DNA from: Zygophlyctis sp. KS116
Taxonomy: Eukaryota > Fungi > Chytridiomycota
Assembly (NCBI GenBank): GCA_054661495.1
Contig: BAAFSQ010000447.1
Coordinates: 1 to 6,296 of the forward strand
Direction of reading: 5' to 3'
Length of the DNA: 6,296 nucleotides
The translations under genes and the position numbers were made by a program. A model generated the notes under the pieces. It did not search any database. It was given only the letters and a program-made list of their open reading frames with translations, and was not told the origin of the DNA. Below are positions 5,099 through 6,296 of the stretch, one piece after another (the stretch's first letter is position 1; each line of letters opens with the position of its first letter).

Positions 5099-6296
5099 AT
5101 GAGACAAACACTTTGCTTACTTTTGATCTCTGTCATCCCAATAGCTTTAGCAGAACCAGGTCTTGCAGATTTAGGAGATAAATGCAATGAAGAGAGTATG
5201 GTTTGTCAATTGGGACAGATATGTTCCCCAGATACACATGAGTGTATTGAAGACTCAAATTATGTAGCAAAAGGCGAAATATGTGAAGGAAAAACTTGTA
5301 AAGATGACCTTGTTTGTGCAAAAACTAAATCAGAAGAACCAGCAGTTTGTCAACACCCAAATAAACCAGGATTGGTAGGATTGGGAGTGAAATGTGATGG
5401 AAAGATTTTGATTTGTAGTGGCAGAAATCTATGTTCACCAGATGAACATGTTTGTATTGTTAACCCAAACTTGGCAGGAAAGGGAGAATCTTGCCAAGTA
5501 AAAAAATGCCAAGATGCATATGCATGTGTTAAGCCCCAAGAAGGCGGTCCAGCAGTTTGTCAAGATCCAAAGGAAAAGAAGGTTGTTGGTTCTGGTCAGA
5601 CATGTAATCATGTCGATACTATCTGTTCCAGTAATTTGACCTGTAGAGAAGGAGTATGTATTTCTTTTACTTATATAAAAATCGGGGAACCATGTGGCAC
5701 TCGAAGCACTTCTTTTTGTGAAAAAGGGAGTATTTGTACTTATTCTCCCGATGGTTTCAAATGTAAGAGTTCCATACCAAATATTGTGATCGCAAAAGAA
5801 TCAGAATCTTGCGAGCATCCTGACTTGAAATGTGATGATGGGCTCCTTTGTTTGAAAAATGGATTGGTATCTTCATACGGAACTTGCCAAAAACCAAAGA
5901 TTTCTAAAAAAGGAGAAACATGCGATGAAATTCAATCCCAATGTGACAGTAAACTTTATTGCAAGAGGGGGAAATTGCGGAAAGGAATTTGTACAGAAAA
6001 AATGTATGTCAAAGAAGGAGAAGAATGCAATCTTTCAGATGGCAAATTTTGCGAAGAACACCTCGACTGTGCAAAAAGAAAACAAGACAGCGATTCTCCA
6101 GGCCCTCGCCGTCGATTTGGTCCAACATTTTGTGTTCCTGCAATCATTGTTGGAGAAGATGTACCATGCGGCGAAAGAAAAGATTTTTGTGATTCTGGAT
6201 TTGAAGATTGCAGTGGGCAAATTCCAAGATGCGAGGAAGGACTGATTTGTCAAAAAGACGCTGAACGTGGAATGGCACTGCGTGAGAAAACTGCTA
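5099..6296 (+). CDS. Secreted cysteine-rich repeat protein (at least 399 aa, 3' truncated by window)
   Basis: AAAAA-ATG at 5099 and a stop-free frame to the window end. Signal peptide MRQTLCLLLISVIPIALA|EP, then about 10 units of G-x2-C-x(4-7)-C-x5-C-x(4-20)-C, e.g. LGDKCNEESMVCQLGQICSPDTHEC and KGETCDEIQSQCDSKLYCKRGKLRKGIC. Not in the supplied ORF track. Confidence 0.92.
   Translation, partial: MRQTLCLLLISVIPIALAEPGLADLGDKCNEESMVCQLGQICSPDTHECIEDSNYVAKGEICEGKTCKDDLVCAKTKSEEPAVCQHPNKPGLVGLGVKCDGKILICSGRNLCSPDEHVCIVNPNLAGKGESCQVKKCQDAYACVKPQEGGPAVCQDPKEKKVVGSGQTCNHVDTICSSNLTCREGVCISFTYIKIGEPCGTRSTSFCEKGSICTYSPDGFKCKSSIPNIVIAKESESCEHPDLKCDDGLLCLKNGLVSSYGTCQKPKISKKGETCDEIQSQCDSKLYCKRGKLRKGICTEKMYVKEGEECNLSDGKFCEEHLDCAKRKQDSDSPGPRRRFGPTFCVPAIIVGEDVPCGERKDFCDSGFEDCSGQIPRCEEGLICQKDAERGMALREKTA
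5156..5575 (+). repeat. Degenerate 210-bp (70-aa) tandem duplication of a two-module block
   Basis: atgttc.ccagat..acatg..tgtattg at 5221 and 5431; ccagcagtttgtcaa at 5339 and 5549; PGL...CSPD.H.CI...KGE.C...PAVCQ.P occurs twice. Confidence 0.85.

Noticed and set aside
5133-6253. Track ORFs 5133-5321(-), 5859-6245(+), 5956-6147(-), 5959-6192(+), 6035-6253(-); all six frames are stop-free over about 6038-6143
   Set aside because: All overlap the real cysteine-repeat CDS in other frames. The six-frame opening is short and explained by locally higher GC.

Overview
AT-rich, extremely compact eukaryotic genomic DNA in the standard genetic code. It is most consistent with an early-diverging (probably zoosporic) fungus or a related opisthokont; this taxonomy is inference. 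The fragmented ORF track resolves into five genes once tiny GT-AG introns are removed. (1) 3' part of a Ser/Thr-rich, repeat-containing, probably GPI-anchored surface protein (+, <1-470). (2) Mitochondrial pyruvate dehydrogenase E2, dihydrolipoamide acetyltransferase (-, 1995-519, 6 exons, 448 aa). (3) Divergent, shortened Integrator subunit 7-like protein (+, 2030-4107, 6 exons, about 645 aa). (4) Stand-alone Tubby-domain protein (+, 4179-4867, 2 exons, about 220 aa). (5) Intronless secreted protein with at least 10 four-cysteine repeats (+, 5099 to beyond 6296), which the ORF track misses because it runs off the window. The main signal is that all 11 reconstructed introns are only 24-33 nt (mean about 27 nt), with degenerate donors and a branch-like motif close to the 3' AG. 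Three intergenic gaps are only 34-71 bp, and two of them are largely filled by hairpins.
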